Assembly: GCA_964016885.1 (NCBI GenBank)
Contig: OZ024750.1
Location: 13,082,001-13,146,000 of the forward strand
Origin: Eledone cirrhosa
Lineage: Eukaryota
Reading direction: 5' to 3'
Length of the DNA stretch: 64,000 bases
Shown piece by piece: positions 13,420 to 27,850 of the stretch. Every line of letters starts with the position of its first letter. The stretch's first letter is position 1. The position numbers were made by a program, and so were the translations under genes. The notes below the pieces were generated by a model. The model saw only the letters and a program-made list of their open reading frames with translations, ran no database searches and was not told the DNA's origin.

Positions 13420-14500
13420 AGTGAGGTCTCATGGCATGTAAATCCAACTGAGGGCCCAGCCATAAAAGTTGACAACAGTGTGATATATAAAGCAATTAAG
13501 GACATTCATGTAACAAAGGCAACTGGAGCATCTGGTACAATTGCTGAGATGCTAAAAGCATCTGGCATAGTAGGATATACACTAGTCATATGCATAATTA
13601 ATTTAGTACAGTATGGTGTCATATCCAATGACTGGTGTAGCAGTGTCATTGTAAATTGCTACAAGAGCAAAAAAAGATGCACAAGAGAGAAGTAACTATA
13701 GAGGCATCAATTTGATGAACCAGATCATGAAATTTGTCTGAAAGGGTTAAGGCACAACTAATTAGGGAGAGAATCAAGTTAAATTAAATGCAGTTTGAAT
13801 TAGTTTCAGTTAGGGCCTTCTTTCTGGTAAGAGAGCTACAGGAGATGTATTTAGCTCAGAGTAAATTACTCTGCAAAATGTGGAAACACACTGCTAAGAT
13901 GGATAGGTATCTAAACACTTGCAATCAAAGGTGACTGCATAAGATTCTAAAGGTCACCTGGTGAGATTGGGTTCGGAATGAAGAGAACCTGAAAAGAGCA
14001 GGATCATGTACACTGCAGGAGATCATCACAGAGCATCAGTTCCATTTTGTGGCTCACATTCTTCTCCTCCCAGAACACTGCCCATCACAACGGTGATGAT
14101 GTGGACTCCCCATGAAAGCAAGCAAAAAAGAAGCTGACTGAAGATGACCTGGTGGCCAACATTCCAAGTTAACCAACCAACTGTCAACATCACCTGCACA
14201 GATGTCAATGAACTGCTGCCGACTGACAGCATTGGAGACGATTGATTGACTTATGTTCCCGATGGAACAATCCTTACTAAGAGCTCAGAGCTAAACTACT
14301 CTATCTGGCATTTGAATATCTAGAAAAGGCCTTTTACAGAGTTATACGCTCTGTAATCTGGTGAGCACTAAGGAAGCTAGGTGTAGACAAATGGCTTGTG
14401 AGAGCCATACTGGCCATGTATAACAAAGCAAACAACAAAGTGAGAATTTGCAATGATTATAGGGATGAATTTGAAGTACAGATGGCAGTCCAATACTGTT
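13420..14500 (+). mobile_element. Decayed RTE-like LINE reverse transcriptase fragment, interrupted by a nested insertion
   Basis: Frameshifted RT motifs: KATGASGTIAEMLKASG, NDWCSSVIVNCYK, NYRGI, LEKAF.RV...ALRKLGVDKWLVRAILAMY. Confidence 0.8.
13873..14281 (+). mobile_element. Nested 5'-truncated LINE 3' fragment flanked by a ~20-bp target-site duplication
   Basis: agctcagagtaaattactct (13853-13872) and agctcagagctaaactactct (14282-14302); the insert translates to decayed LINE C-terminal-like sequence (ILKVTW.DWVRNEE). Confidence 0.6.
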
Positions 14501-14753
14501 TATCATTGTCCTTCAGCCCAGAAATGAAGTTGAAATGTCAGAATTATTGTTTAAACTGTTATAAAAATTATAACATTTTGTTATAACTTTATAAATAAAT
14601 GTTATTCTAAGTCTAAGAAAATTATATTTACAAGCTGTTCACAATAAATTTATAATAAATGATAACCAGCAACAATGGGAGTTAAAAACTGAAATGAAAC
14701 CAATGAGACTTTGCTGTGATTATATACAATGAATAAAATAGAAAGAAACCCTA

Positions 14754-14779
<26 letters not shown>

Positions 14780-14784
<5 letters not shown>

Positions 14785-15012
14785 TAATAATAGTAATAAA
14801 TGAAAGATATATACTTTATATCATCTCTATTTTATTATATATATTTCGAAGATGTAAAGTTTTATGTATAACATAAAGCAAAATATGTCCTCTTCAGACA
14901 TATTTTGCTTTATGTTATACATGAAACTTTACATCTTCAAAATATACATAATAAAATAAATAGAGATTATCTAAAGTATATATCTTTCGTTTATTACTAT
15001 TATTATTATAAT
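14780..15012. repeat. Long imperfect palindrome (~110-bp arms, 7-nt loop)
   Basis: ...ataacataaagcaaaatatgtc ctcttca gacatattttgctttatgttat... Confidence 0.85.
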
Positions 15013-15108
15013 ACCCCGGATAATTTATACCGTTGAGTGCTTGGCATCTATTATATATAAGAATCAGCTGATTACAAATCAACTAACTCTTTTTTCATTC
15101 ATTGATTA

Positions 15109-15156
<48 letters not shown>

Positions 15157-15268
15157 GATAAATCCACCAATTAATGGTAGGGTCCAAGCTGTATGAAGAA
15201 CTCAATGTAATCCGTATGTAGATGTCGTGAAGCAAAGTTTAAAATACAAAATTTCAACGATATAATTC

Positions 15269-15301
<33 letters not shown>

Positions 15302-15507
15302 TATATATATAGGAATGTTGTTTTGTACTATACCTGATTTCCATAAAAAATATATTAGATTTTAATATAAAAATAAAATAAATAAGAAAACATACCCGAG
15401 TTGAGGACAACTAAATTACGATGTTGGTAAAATATTCATATAAAGATTTTTGTAAATTTAAATACATACTTCCTGAGTTGGTTAACTGGCACAGCACAGT
15501 CCACAAT

Positions 15508-15544
<37 letters not shown>

Positions 15545-15581
15545 AATATATATATAAATATATATAAATATATATATAAAT

Positions 15582-15678
<97 letters not shown>

Positions 15679-15697
15679 AATATATATATATATAAAT

Positions 15698-15766
<69 letters not shown>

Positions 15767-15769
15767 AAT

Positions 15770-15826
<57 letters not shown>

Positions 15827-15892
15827 AATATAATTATATATATATATATATTTAAATATGTATATATGTGTATATATATATATGTGTGTGTG
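15508..15892. repeat. (CA)n/(AT)n compound microsatellite
   Basis: Direct inspection. Confidence 0.95.
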
Positions 15893-16018
15893 TAGCATGT
15901 GGACGTATATATCATAAAAGGCATAGTTATGATATCAAAATGGAGTTATTTGCAGACTTTAATTACGTAGATTCATCTTGTTATACAATTATATAAAGTC
16001 CACCATAAAATGTGTTTT

Positions 16019-16055
16019 TCTTACCTGAAAAAGAAACAAAAAGCAGCTGTTAGAT
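16019..16055 (-). promoter_or_regulatory. Candidate recursive splice site upstream of exon A (junction 16025/16024)
   Basis: Minus strand CTAACagctgctttttgtttctttttCAG|GTAAGA: branch-like CTAAC, pyrimidine tract, and AG directly followed by a strong donor. Confidence 0.7.
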
Positions 16056-18394
16056 ATATATATATATGAAACATACAGAATAAACAATTCAACATACATA
16101 AGCATACATTATAATCGACATATACCATAAAAACAGCAACGAAATATCACACAAGCTCATAATGAGATCTTTAATAAAGAGATCTTTATCACAATGGACA
16201 GAAATATTTGTGTCCACAAAAAAAATTATATATGCTGCAATATAAAGCGTGTCAAAAATGATACATTAAAATACTGGTTGATTATTATGTACATAATTTA
16301 TATTAGAAAATTTTGATTTCTACTTTTATGGCTTAAAAGAAAAGTTACATAAATCCAGCAGATAATACTAAAAACGATATAAATTCTATGTGTTGTATTT
16401 TATGAGAACAATATTATATTTCAAATAATTAGCACTGACTTCAGTCTATTCCAATTATTTCACCTTTTTTGTACATAAAATATATTGGAAATAAAAACTA
16501 GAAAATCTCTGACTTATATTTACATTTATAAACTCTCAATTATATTGTTTGGAATGACAGGTTATAATCTAATAAAACGAATCTAATAATATTGTAGTAA
16601 CCCCGAAACATCTGTAACAAATTCAATCAATATTGAGGGATTTACTGGCATAAGATACATTTCACCTTACACACATACTCAGACTGACAGACACACACAC
16701 ACACTCAGATTGAAGGCACACACACTCAGATTGAAGGCACGCACACACACACATTCTCAACTGTATTTATAAACTTCCATCTAATGTCTAATATAAAAGC
16801 CTTTATGAAACAACACATCTTTTCCAGTATTACTCAAAATATAATGTCTTCAGAAATTGCTGATGGAACCCTACTCCATTTAAATCCACTGTCGCTCACC
16901 ATTACCCTATCTCTTCCCTTAATCCTTCTCCTCTATCATTCGTCCTTAGAACAGTACCTGAACCCATCTAGAACTTCTTCCAGTCAGGTTTATCAATAAT
17001 AAATAATCTTCATTTTTTTCAAACTCTATATCAACTAAATCAACCTAACCCAATTATCTTTCTCCTTTCTGCAAATCTGGGGTTAAAAACCTTGACAAAG
17101 TGAATTAAATGTAAGACAAATCGATGTTTTAGTATTAAAAAATACATAAATATTTAATGAGAAACTGATCTATCTATTTGAAAATTATTTATCATATACT
17201 GAACTATTTGAATACAAAACATATTTTTAAATGTATATATTAAGTGTGGATATAGAATCAAAATGTGTATCAGAAGACAATAAACTATAAATTTATAATT
17301 GAATTTGTTATACTTCTATTTGAAATATAATTTGTCCTAAAATAACATTCTATTTTCTATGGCTTTAAAGAAATTAACATTATTGAAAATTTGGAAATTG
17401 AAACATGCTTCTTATGAATCTGAAAGCAGTTTTCAGCTATGTCACAATGTTAAAACTTATTATAATTCTCATAATTTCTAAATATGTGACATTTGACATA
17501 ACCTAAATATAACAACAAAACAATACTATGACTTAATTCTAATAAAAGTTTTATATATACATTTTTTAATAAGTAGCTATAGTCAAAATATTGGATTCTA
17601 TCATAAAATTTCAGTTTTAATTTGATATTTATAAATAATTTCTTTTATCTATAATGTACCATTTATTAGCAGTACCTACATTGAGATATCTTTTGAAGGA
17701 AAAACAGCAAAGATATCAATATACTAGTTATGATGTTTCCCAAATCATAGATAAACAAATTGCAGTCCATTTTACTGTTCATAGTTAAGCACACTAAAAA
17801 AGCAATGCTTACAAAGGAGAGCACTTGAATAGGACAGTGATACAACTACCAAACAAAGACAGTATGAAACAAAAACAGAACTAATATCATTTGGCAAATA
17901 TGAACAGTGTACATCAAACCTTTAAAAATATACCTCACATGAGATTGATAATAATGAATGTATACACCATTGAAAGCTCTTCAGCTGAGATTAAGCAGCA
18001 AAATAGAAATTAATTTCAAATAATTATTTTTAAAGCAAACATTGATTTTCAAATCTATTGGGAAATTAAACTTATATAAATACTTTCCAAAGATTAATTT
18101 ATAATATAATTCTATAACTATTAATTATAATCAATTGAAATGCTACTAAAAATATCCAAAAAGCAAATATACCAAAATAAGGATTTTTAGTAGTCATTAG
18201 GCTATAAATTTAGGGGAAGGCTATAATCAATAATATGTGATTATATGGAATTATGTGATTGATTGGAATTATTTGATCAACATCAGGAGGATGAATATAA
18301 AAGATAACTACAATGAGATTTGAACTCAAATATAAAGATGTGTACCTAATTACTGTTCCTTCATTCCAACCACTCCCCATCCCCAGTTTTACAG

Positions 18395-18505
18395 GGAAGG
18401 GGAAAGTTGATTAAATCGACCCCAGTGCATTTATTTTATTGGTACTTCATTTAATCGACCTCATAAAGATGAAAGGCAAAGCTTAAATTTGAGGGATTTG
18501 ATCAC
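18395..18505 (-). mobile_element. Degenerate SINE fragment (61485 family, reverse orientation)
   Basis: gggaaggggaaagttgattaaatcgaccccagtgcat...ggtact...gatgaaaggcaaag is the reverse complement of the SINE body. Confidence 0.65.
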
Positions 18506-19239
18506 AAATATTACTGAATAGTAAAACCTATTATTCCAATAATAAAAAAAATATTAATATTCTCATACGGAAAGTCAGAAATATATATGAAATATTGATG
18601 TTAGCTGACTTTTAAAAAAATTAGATTTTAATACTATACCACTCTAACGAAATCAAGATAAAATATTTTGTAGTTAAATATTAATCTTGGTTTTAAAATT
18701 AACAGACTATTATATCGATATAAAACAATGTAATTTATCAGAAGTTTATTCTGTTTCCAAATCTTATAAAATGTTTCTTCTATAGACTTTTATTTGGGTA
18801 ATAATCATTTTGATATTATTCTTTTGTTTATTAAAACATATATTCCATGATTCAAAGTCTAATACATTCGTATTAGATTTTATATATAATTTAAAGGATA
18901 TTTTCTAAGTATATATAAGATAATTCAAAATGCAAATCTCTTAATCAATTATGATTATTATATTAATTCCTCAGTGAAAAAAAAAAGATATTTCCTTGAC
19001 CAAATGCGTAAAAATATACGAGAGAATTGTAAAACTTATTTAAATATTTCCTTTAAATTATATACAAAAGAATAATAACTGAGAAGATCTAAAACATATA
19101 AAAATATAGAATTATTACATATTTTTAAATTGTGACTATATAAATGTATGGCTATGCACAAAATGCAAGTATAGTAGTTTATTTTTCATGCGCTATGATA
19201 AAGTAATATCTTAGATCCTATTTAATTCAATATATTTTA

Positions 19240-19440
19240 TAGCATATGTTAAGTATTATATTCTAAGATATTTTCAATACTAGATATTGTAAACTAATTT
19301 TAACTAAGACTACTAAGCAGAAGTAAGACATTTACTTGAAATACTGTAGCATATGTTAAGTATTATTTTCTATGACTTTTTCGGTACTAGGTATAGTAAA
19401 CTAATCTTAACTAAGACTACTAAGCAGAAATAAGACTTGA
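19240..19440. repeat. Diverged tandem duplication (~107-bp unit, 2 copies)
   Basis: tagcatatgttaagtattat...taaactaat.ttaactaagactactaagcagaa.taagac occurs twice. Confidence 0.8.
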
Positions 19441-19514
19441 AAATACTATATCAATTTTGCCAAGCAGTAATAGAGAGAAGTGATATATTATGTGCTATGT
19501 AAGATTATAATACC

Positions 19515-19819
19515 TAGGCAAAGCAACATGCATCTAAACGATAATACAAAGAAAGCATTTTCTTTTTATGTGGACAATGTTATACTCATTTCTCATCAGA
19601 AATAACAGAGACCCAACAAAACTATTTACACATTATTCAGCTGAAAGAGACATGAAACAAGTACACTGGTTAAGTACATTAAAAGACATCATAATACACG
19701 TTTGAAAGCATGCTACCAAGGCATTGGTAAGCTACAAAGATTTATGCTTGTGTAAATTCAAGCAGTAGCAGCGAGTGCAGTAGCATAAAGTAAATCCTGC
19801 ATAAGGCTCCATAAAATAC
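19515..19819 (-). promoter_or_regulatory. Conserved intronic block after the exon B donor (UGCAUG at 19527-19532)
   Basis: Homologous to the blocks after exons A, C and D. Confidence 0.6.
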
Positions 19820-22800
19820 CTATGTCTTCAACAACTTCTTCTTTGAATGACTGAATATCTTCAGGACCAGAAAGGCTTGTTTTCGATTCAATAATTATAT
19901 CTCCCTCATGTACGATGCTTGGCAGAATGGTTTTTAAGACAGTTGTTTCATCAGTTATATTAAATTCAGATGAAGCAGAAATGATATCAGATTCCAATAC
20001 ATCAGGTTTACCAATATCAATAAATGTAATTTCTGATTTCTCAGTAGGTTTCTCATCAATATCAAGTTTAATAGATACTTCCTCTTTAGTTTCAGGTTTA
20101 ATATCAACTTGTGTCTTTTCAACTGGTTCCTTTGAAACTACATCTTCACGTACAATTTCAGAAGGAATAGTTTCTTGAATGGTAATCTCTTGTAAATCAG
20201 TGCTAACAACACCTACAGATTTAGGTATCTCTACATCTTCTTTTTCTATATCAGTTATATGTTCTACAGTGTCAACAACCAGATCTTCTGCTGTATGAAT
20301 CTCTTCAATTACAGTAACTGGTGTGTCTTTCTTATCAACAGGTATCACAGTAGTTTCAACTTTTGTTTCTTTATCTGATGGAATATCAAAGAATTCTTCT
20401 TCAGAAATTACTTCATCAGCTGTACTGACAATACTTACAGCTGGAGCACTTATTATTGACATTTCAGAAATTTCTTTCACATCTTTCTGTTCAGGAAAGA
20501 CTTCACTTTCCTTGCTGATTTCAATAACACTATCACTTACAATTTCTTCAGGTGTTTCTTCAGTTGTAGACATTTTCGTAGAACTAACGGAAATCTGAAT
20601 ACTACTCTCTTCAACTGGTTGAACACTCACTGTGTCTTTAAATGGTTCTGCCAATGTCTCTACAGTACTTTCTTTTTCTACTTCTTCACCTGTTGTAAAT
20701 GTTTGTTCAGTTTTTATAACTATAGGTGTTTGGTCCTCAGATGTGATTTTCTTAGAATCAATTGATACAACCATTTCAACAGGAATATCACTGATTTTCT
20801 CTGGAGAAATATCTGTTTTACTTTGTTCAGTGCTGGTACTTATAACTGAAGTAACTGTAACAGATTCAACCTTATCTGGTATAACTGATTCAGATATATC
20901 TGTAGGTTGAATTTCAGTAACAACTTTTACTTCTTCTTCTTCTGGTTGTTTTACCTTTATTTCAGTTGTAGAAATTGTTGTAATATCAGTAACTTTTGGT
21001 TTCTTCTCTTTAATTTCCAGTTCTTTACCTTCAATATGAACTGTACTTTCAGGTACAATATCAAATGTAGACATTTCTGGTGTAATTGTTGTTTCTTCTT
21101 TACTGATGATAATGTCACTTTTAGCAACAGTTACCTGTTCTTTTTCTATAGAAATAACATCCGGCACTGTAGGTGTAACTTGCATTTCAATATCACAGAC
21201 TGTTGTCTCAGGTTTACCAATATCAATAAATGTAATTTCAGATTTCTCAGTAGGTTTCTCACCAATGTCAAGTTGGATAGATACTTCCTCTTTAGTTTCT
21301 GGTTTAATATCAACTTGTGTCTTTTCAACCGGTTCCTTTGAAACTACATCTTCATGTACAATTTCAGAAGGAATAGTTTCTTTAATGGTAATCTCTTGTA
21401 AATCAGTGCTAACAACACCTACAGTTTGAGGTATCTCTACATCTTCTTTCTCTATATCAGTTGTATGTTCTACAGTGTCAACAACCACATCTTCTGCTGT
21501 ATGAATCTCTTCAATTACAGTCACTGATGTGTCTTTCTTATCAACAGGTATCTCAGTAGTTTCAACTTTTGTTTCTTTATCTGATGGAATATCAAAGAAT
21601 TCTTCTTCAGAAAGTACTTCATCAGCTGTACTTACAATACTTACAGATGGAGCACTTATTATTGTCATTTCAGAAATTTCTTTCACATCTTTCTGTTCAG
21701 GAAAGACTTCACTTTCCTTGCTGATTACAACGACACTATCACTTACAATTTCTTCAGGCGTTTCCTCAGTTGTAGACATTTTGGTAGAACTCACAGAAAT
21801 CTGAAAACTACTTGCTTCAACTGGTTTAACGCTCACTGTATCTTTAAATGGTTCTTCCAATGTCTCTACAGTACTTTCTTTTTCTACTTCTTCACCTGTG
21901 GTATATGTTTGTTCAGTTTTTATAACTATAGGTGTTTGGTCCTCAGATGTGATTTTCTTAGAATCAATTGATATAACCATTTCAACAGGAATATCACTGA
22001 TTTTCTCTGGAGAAATATCTGTTTTACTTTGTTCAGTGCTGGTACTTATAACTGAAGTAACTGTAACAGATTCAACCGTATCTGGTATAACTGATTCAGA
22101 TATATCTGTAGGCTGAATTTCAGTAACAACTTTTACTTCTTCTTCTTCTGGTTTTTTTACCTTTATTTCAGTTGTAGAAATTGTTGTAATATCAGTAACT
22201 TCTGGTTTCTTCTCTTTAATTTCCAGTTCTTTACCTTCAATATGAACTGTACTTTCAGGTACAATATCAAAGGTAGATATTTCTGGTGTAATTGTTGTTT
22301 CTTCTTTACTGATAATAATTCCACTTTTATCAAAAGTTATCTGTTCTTTTTCAGTAGAAATAACATCTGGTACTTTAGGTGTAACTTGCATTTCAATATC
22401 ACAGACTGTTGTCTCAGGTTTACCAATATCAATAAATGTAATTTCAGATTTCTTTATAGGTTTCTCACCAATGTCAAGTTGGATAGATACTTCCTCTTTA
22501 GTTTCTGGTTTAATATCAACTTGTGTCTTTTCAACTGGTTCCTTTGAAACTACATCTTCATGTACAGTTTCAGAAGGAATAGTTTCTTTAATGGTAATCT
22601 CTTGTAAATCAGTGCTAACAACAGCTACAGTTTGAGGTATCTCTACATCTTCTTTCTCTATATCAGTTGTATGTTCTACAGTGTCAACAACCACATCTTC
22701 TGCTGTATGAATCTCTTCAATTACAGTAACTGGTGTGTCTTTCTTATCAACAGGTATCTCAGTTGTTTCAACTTTTGATTCTTTATCTGATGGAATATCA

Positions 22801-25204
22801 AAGAATTCTTCTTCAGAAAGTACTTCATCAGCTGTACTTACAATACTTACAGCTGGAGCACTTATTATTGTCATTTCAGAAATTTCTTTCACATCTTTCT
22901 GTACAGGAATGACTTCACTTTCTTTGCTGATTACAACGACACTATCACTTACAATTTCTTCAGGTGTTTCCTCAGTTGTAGACATTTTGGTAGAACTCAC
23001 AGAAATCTGAAAACTACTCTCTTCAACTGGTTGAACACTCACTGTATCTTTAAATGGTTCTTCCAATGTCTCTACAGTACTTTCTTTTTCTACTTCTTCA
23101 CCTGTTGTAAATGTTTGTTCAGTTTTTATAACTATAGGTGTTTGGTCTTCAGATGTGATTTTCTTAGAATCAATTGATACAACCATTTCAACAGGAATAT
23201 CACTGATTTTCTCTGGAGAAATATCTGTTTTACTTTGTTCAGTACTGGTACTTATAACTGAAGTAACTGTAACAGATTCAACCTTATCTGGTATAACTGA
23301 TTCAGATATATCTGTAGGTTGAATTTCAGTAACAATTTTTACTTCTTCTTCTTCTGGTTGTTTTACCTTTATTTCAGTTGTAGAAATTGTTGTAATATCA
23401 GTAACTTCTGGTTTCTTCTCTTTAATTTCCAGTTCTTTACCTTCAATATGAACTGTACTTTCAGGTACAATATCAAAGGTAGACATTTCTGGTGTAATTG
23501 TTGTTTCTTCTTTACTGATAATAATTCCACTTTTAGCAACAGTTACCTGTTCTTTCTCGGTAGAAATAACATCTGGTACTTTAGGTGTAACTTGCATTTC
23601 AATTTCACCGACAGTTGTCTCAGGTTTACCAATATCAATAAATGTAATTTCAGATTTCTCTGTAGGTTTCTCACCAATGTCCAGTTGGATAGATACTTCC
23701 TCTTTAGTTTCAGGTTTAATATCAACTTGTGTCTTTACCACTGGTTCCTTTGAAACAACATCTTCATGTACAATTTCAGAAGGAATAGTTTCTTTAATGG
23801 TAATCTCTTGTAAATCAGTGCTAACAACACCTACAGTTTGAGGTATCTCTACATGTTCTTTCTCTATATCAGTTGTATGTTCTACAGTGTCAACAACCAC
23901 ATCTTCTGCTGTATGAATCTCTTCAATTACAGTCACTGATGTGTCTTTCTTATCAACAGGTACCTCAGTAGTTTCAACTTTTGTTTCTTCATCTGATGAG
24001 ATATCAAAGAATTCTTCTTCAGAAAGTACTTCATCAGCTGTACTTACAATACTTACAGCTGGAGCACTTATTATTGTCATTTCAGTAATTTCTTTCACAT
24101 CTTTCTGTACAGGAGTGATTTCACTTTCTTTGCTGATTTCAACAACTCTATCACTTACAATTTCTTCAGGAGTTTCTTCAGTTGTAGACATTTTGGTAGA
24201 ACTCACAGAAATCTGAATACTACTCTCTTCAACTGGTTGAACACTCACTGTATCTTTAAATGGTTCTTCCAATGTCTCTACAGTACTTTCTTTTTCTACT
24301 TCTTCACCTGTTGTAAATGTTTGTTCAGTTTTTATAACTATAGGTGTTTGGTCTTCAGATGTGATTTTCTTAGAATCAATTGATACAACCATTTCAACAG
24401 GAATATCACTGATTTTCTCTGGAGAAATATCTGTTTTACTTTGTTCAGTACTGGTACTTATAACTGAAGTAACTGTAACAGATTTAACCGTATCTGGTAT
24501 AACTGATTCAGATATATCTGTAGGTTGAATTTCAGTAACAACTTTTACTTCTTCTTCTTCTGGTTGTTTTACCTTTATTTCAGTTGTAGAAATTGTTGTA
24601 ATATCAGTAACCTCTGGTTTCTTCTCTTTAATTTCCAGTTCTTTACCTTCAATATGAACTGTACTTTCAGGTACAATATCAAAGGTAGACATTTCTGGTG
24701 TAATCGTTGTTTCTTCTTTACTGATAATAATTCCACTTTGAATAACAGTTACCTGTTCCTTTTCGGTAGAAATAATATCTGGTACTTTAGGTGTAACTTG
24801 CATTTCAATATCACACACTGTTGTCTCAGGTTTACCAATATCAATAAATGTAATTTCTGATTTCTCAGTAGGATTCTCTCCAATATCAAGTTGGATAGAT
24901 TCTTCCTCTTTAGTTTCTGGTTTAATATCAACTTGTGGTGTTTCTTTACTTGAAATTTGTATATCTATTCTCTTATCTATATTTTCAAATATTGATGGAC
25001 CTGTCTTTATTTGCTCTCTCTGAGAAATATAAACTTCATCTGATGTTACTATTTCCTTTTCAATATGAAAGTCTTCAGTTGTTTCTAATGAGGGTGAAAT
25101 TTCTGTTATTGTTTCAACTTTCTGTATAGCCATTTCTGGTATTTCTTTACTCTTCTCCTCTTCTTCCACAGTCATTGTTATTTCTTTTTGTACTGGTAAT
25201 TCAC
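19820..25204 (-). CDS. Giant exon B (5385 nt, 1795 codons, phase 1-1) with ~4 repeat copies
   Basis: ORF 19758..25175; tttatattAG|GTGAATTA; GACATAG|GTATTT; length divisible by 3. Confidence 0.85.
20000..24935. repeat. Coding tandem array, 1206-bp unit (exon B)
   Basis: Shadow ORF starts at 20323, 21529, 22735, 23941. Confidence 0.95.
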
Positions 25205-25441
25205 CTAATATAAATCAAATAATGTTTAAGAAAAACATTCTCATACAACAATCATTGTTTTGTCTCCAGCTCTATTCATGTTCCCTTGCTTTAAGGAAAA
25301 GAATGAGTTATTTTTACATATAAATGGAAGAAATAAATTAGAGTAAATACAGTAATATTATATAATCAGAAATTTCCAATGATTGGTTTTATATAGTTGG
25401 TATTTACAGGTAAGGCTATCACAATTCTACCATGCAAATGC

Positions 25442-25505
25442 TTGTCTTGGTTATATTTTATTTTATGATTTTGTACTTCTATGCATATGTATGTATATGT
25501 GTGTG

Positions 25506-25557
<52 letters not shown>

Positions 25558-25613
25558 TATACATACATATGCATAGAAGTACAAAATCATAAAATAAAAT
25601 ATAACCGAGACAA
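25442..25613. repeat. Near-perfect inverted repeat (~65-bp arms) around (AT)n
   Basis: ttgtcttggttatattttattttatgattttgtacttctatgcatatgtatg... is mirrored by ...catacatatgcatagaagtacaaaatcataaaataaaatataaccgagacaa. Confidence 0.9.
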
Positions 25614-25649
25614 TATATATATATATATATATACATACATATATATATG

Positions 25650-25700
<51 letters not shown>

Positions 25701-26140
25701 GCATACATATATATATATGCATACATATATATATACATATATATATGCATACATATATATATATATACATATATATATGCATACATATATATGTGTGTAT
25801 ATATATGCATATATATATATATATATATATACATATATATATGTATATATATATATATGTATGCATATATATATATGTATATATATATGCATATATATGT
25901 ATATATATATATATGCATATATATATGTATATATATATGCATATATATATGTATATATATATATATATGCATATATATACACACATATATATATATATGT
26001 ATGCATATATATACACATATATATATATATATGTATGCATATATATATGTATATATATATGCATATATACATATATATATATGCATATATGCATATATAT
26101 ATGCATATATATATCTTTGAAATGATATATATATATCTTT
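25614..26140. repeat. Interrupted (AT)n/ATGC microsatellite
   Basis: Direct inspection. Confidence 0.95.
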
Positions 26141-27818
26141 GAAATGTTTACTCTGTCAAGATGGTCTTGTGTCAAGTAATTCTTTGATCAAAAGAATTTA
26201 AGTTTGACCATCTTATGTTGGGCTTTATTTTCAGAAATATTTTGCCCATGACTATAGTGTCCAATATGTGGTTTACTTGATGTTGGGGTGGGTGCTTTAA
26301 GGAAGATTCAGTGGCTACTTCTAATAGTTGGAATGACCACGTATGTCCTTTGATCCTACCTTTTTAATGTTTATTATATATTTAGATATATAAAGTTGAT
26401 ATCATAAAGTTTTACAATAGTCTCTCATTTTATAAGTTACCCTAATGCTATTTATTTGTTTTTTTTAACATTGAATACTAATTTATAGATGTATATAATT
26501 GGTCTTGTTTTGACATTTCATAAGGAAGGGGATAGACCATCTAAGACTGGTGGGAAGAGGTTATCTTCAAATTGGAGACCTGGAACAAATGCTTGCAACA
26601 GAGTATACTTTGATAAAAATTACTCAAGACTCAAGTGCTAGTGTTAAGCCAGATGATGGACTAAGTATACCAATTCTGAACATTGAATGCAAAAAGCTAA
26701 ATCAAATATCACAAGATATTTCATCCAATGGTCTAATAATTCACCAATCTACTGTCCTGAACTGGCATTTTATGTTATCAACCTCAAAAAAAATGAAGGA
26801 GAAAATTGACCATGACAGGATTTGAACTTATGACAGTCTGGTGTGGTTTAAATAAAGCTATCATTTAATACACTATTTTTGCATTGTTTGCATAAAAATG
26901 ATGTACATATGGAGATATGTGAAACCATATTTATAGGGGAATTTTATTATTGCATATTTTTTATCAATGAGAAAAATCAACCAATATATTATTTAGAATT
27001 ATTTTTTAAGTATGTATATATGTATGTATACGTGTGTGGGGGGGGGGGGGGGGGGGTGTAAAGTAATCTTTCAATAGGTTAACTTCAGAAAATAATTAAA
27101 ATCTGTAGTCCAGTTGATTCTCCTAAATCACTCTCCTAACCATATAGCTTGTCTCTGGTTAGCAACAATATTACTCATATTTCTGTGTGTAATATCTGTG
27201 TATATGTGTGATTGTACATTGACACTGATATATTTATACAGGATACCTATATTGTTTTCTCTTACAATCGGGCATGTGTGTAATAAACATAATCAGTATA
27301 TATGATTTTTCTAGAATAAATCAAGAGAAAAGACTATTAAAAGGTCTTGGTAAACGTTATAAAGATATCTTGTCTTAAAACCATTCATATGTACTTTAGC
27401 AAATTTGACATAAAAGTTAAGAGCTGAATGTTAAAATTAAAAAAAAAACTGTAATGTTTAAAACATTGTATTAATATATATTCATAACAGTGTTTAATGC
27501 ACAACAGTACTCATGTGTAATTTGTTCTGACATAAAGTATGATAACAATTTTTAAAATATAAATTATAAAATTACATACCTGCGATGTTGAAAACTAAAT
27601 CATACTTTTGGTAACTCATTCATATCATGTTTTAAATTTAATACCTACTTCCTTTGTTGTATATCATTTGCTGTTTATATTCTCCCCACATATATTACTC
27701 TATATGTATATCATAACAAATATGTAAGTTATGATTCTGTATTATAGTAAATTATATTTATTAATTATGTAGATTCATTTTGGTATTTGATAATAGAAAT
27801 TCAATTGAAAAATTGGTA

Positions 27819-27850
27819 TCTTACCTGCAATAAACAAAAAAAGGATCACA
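27819..27850 (-). promoter_or_regulatory. Candidate recursive splice site upstream of exon B (junction 27825/27824)
   Basis: Minus strand gatcc(T)n-gtttattgCAG|GTAAGAtacc. Confidence 0.7.

Noticed and set aside
15436-15924. YI-rich ORFs (also 25366-26175)
   Set aside because: Translations of (AT)n microsatellites.
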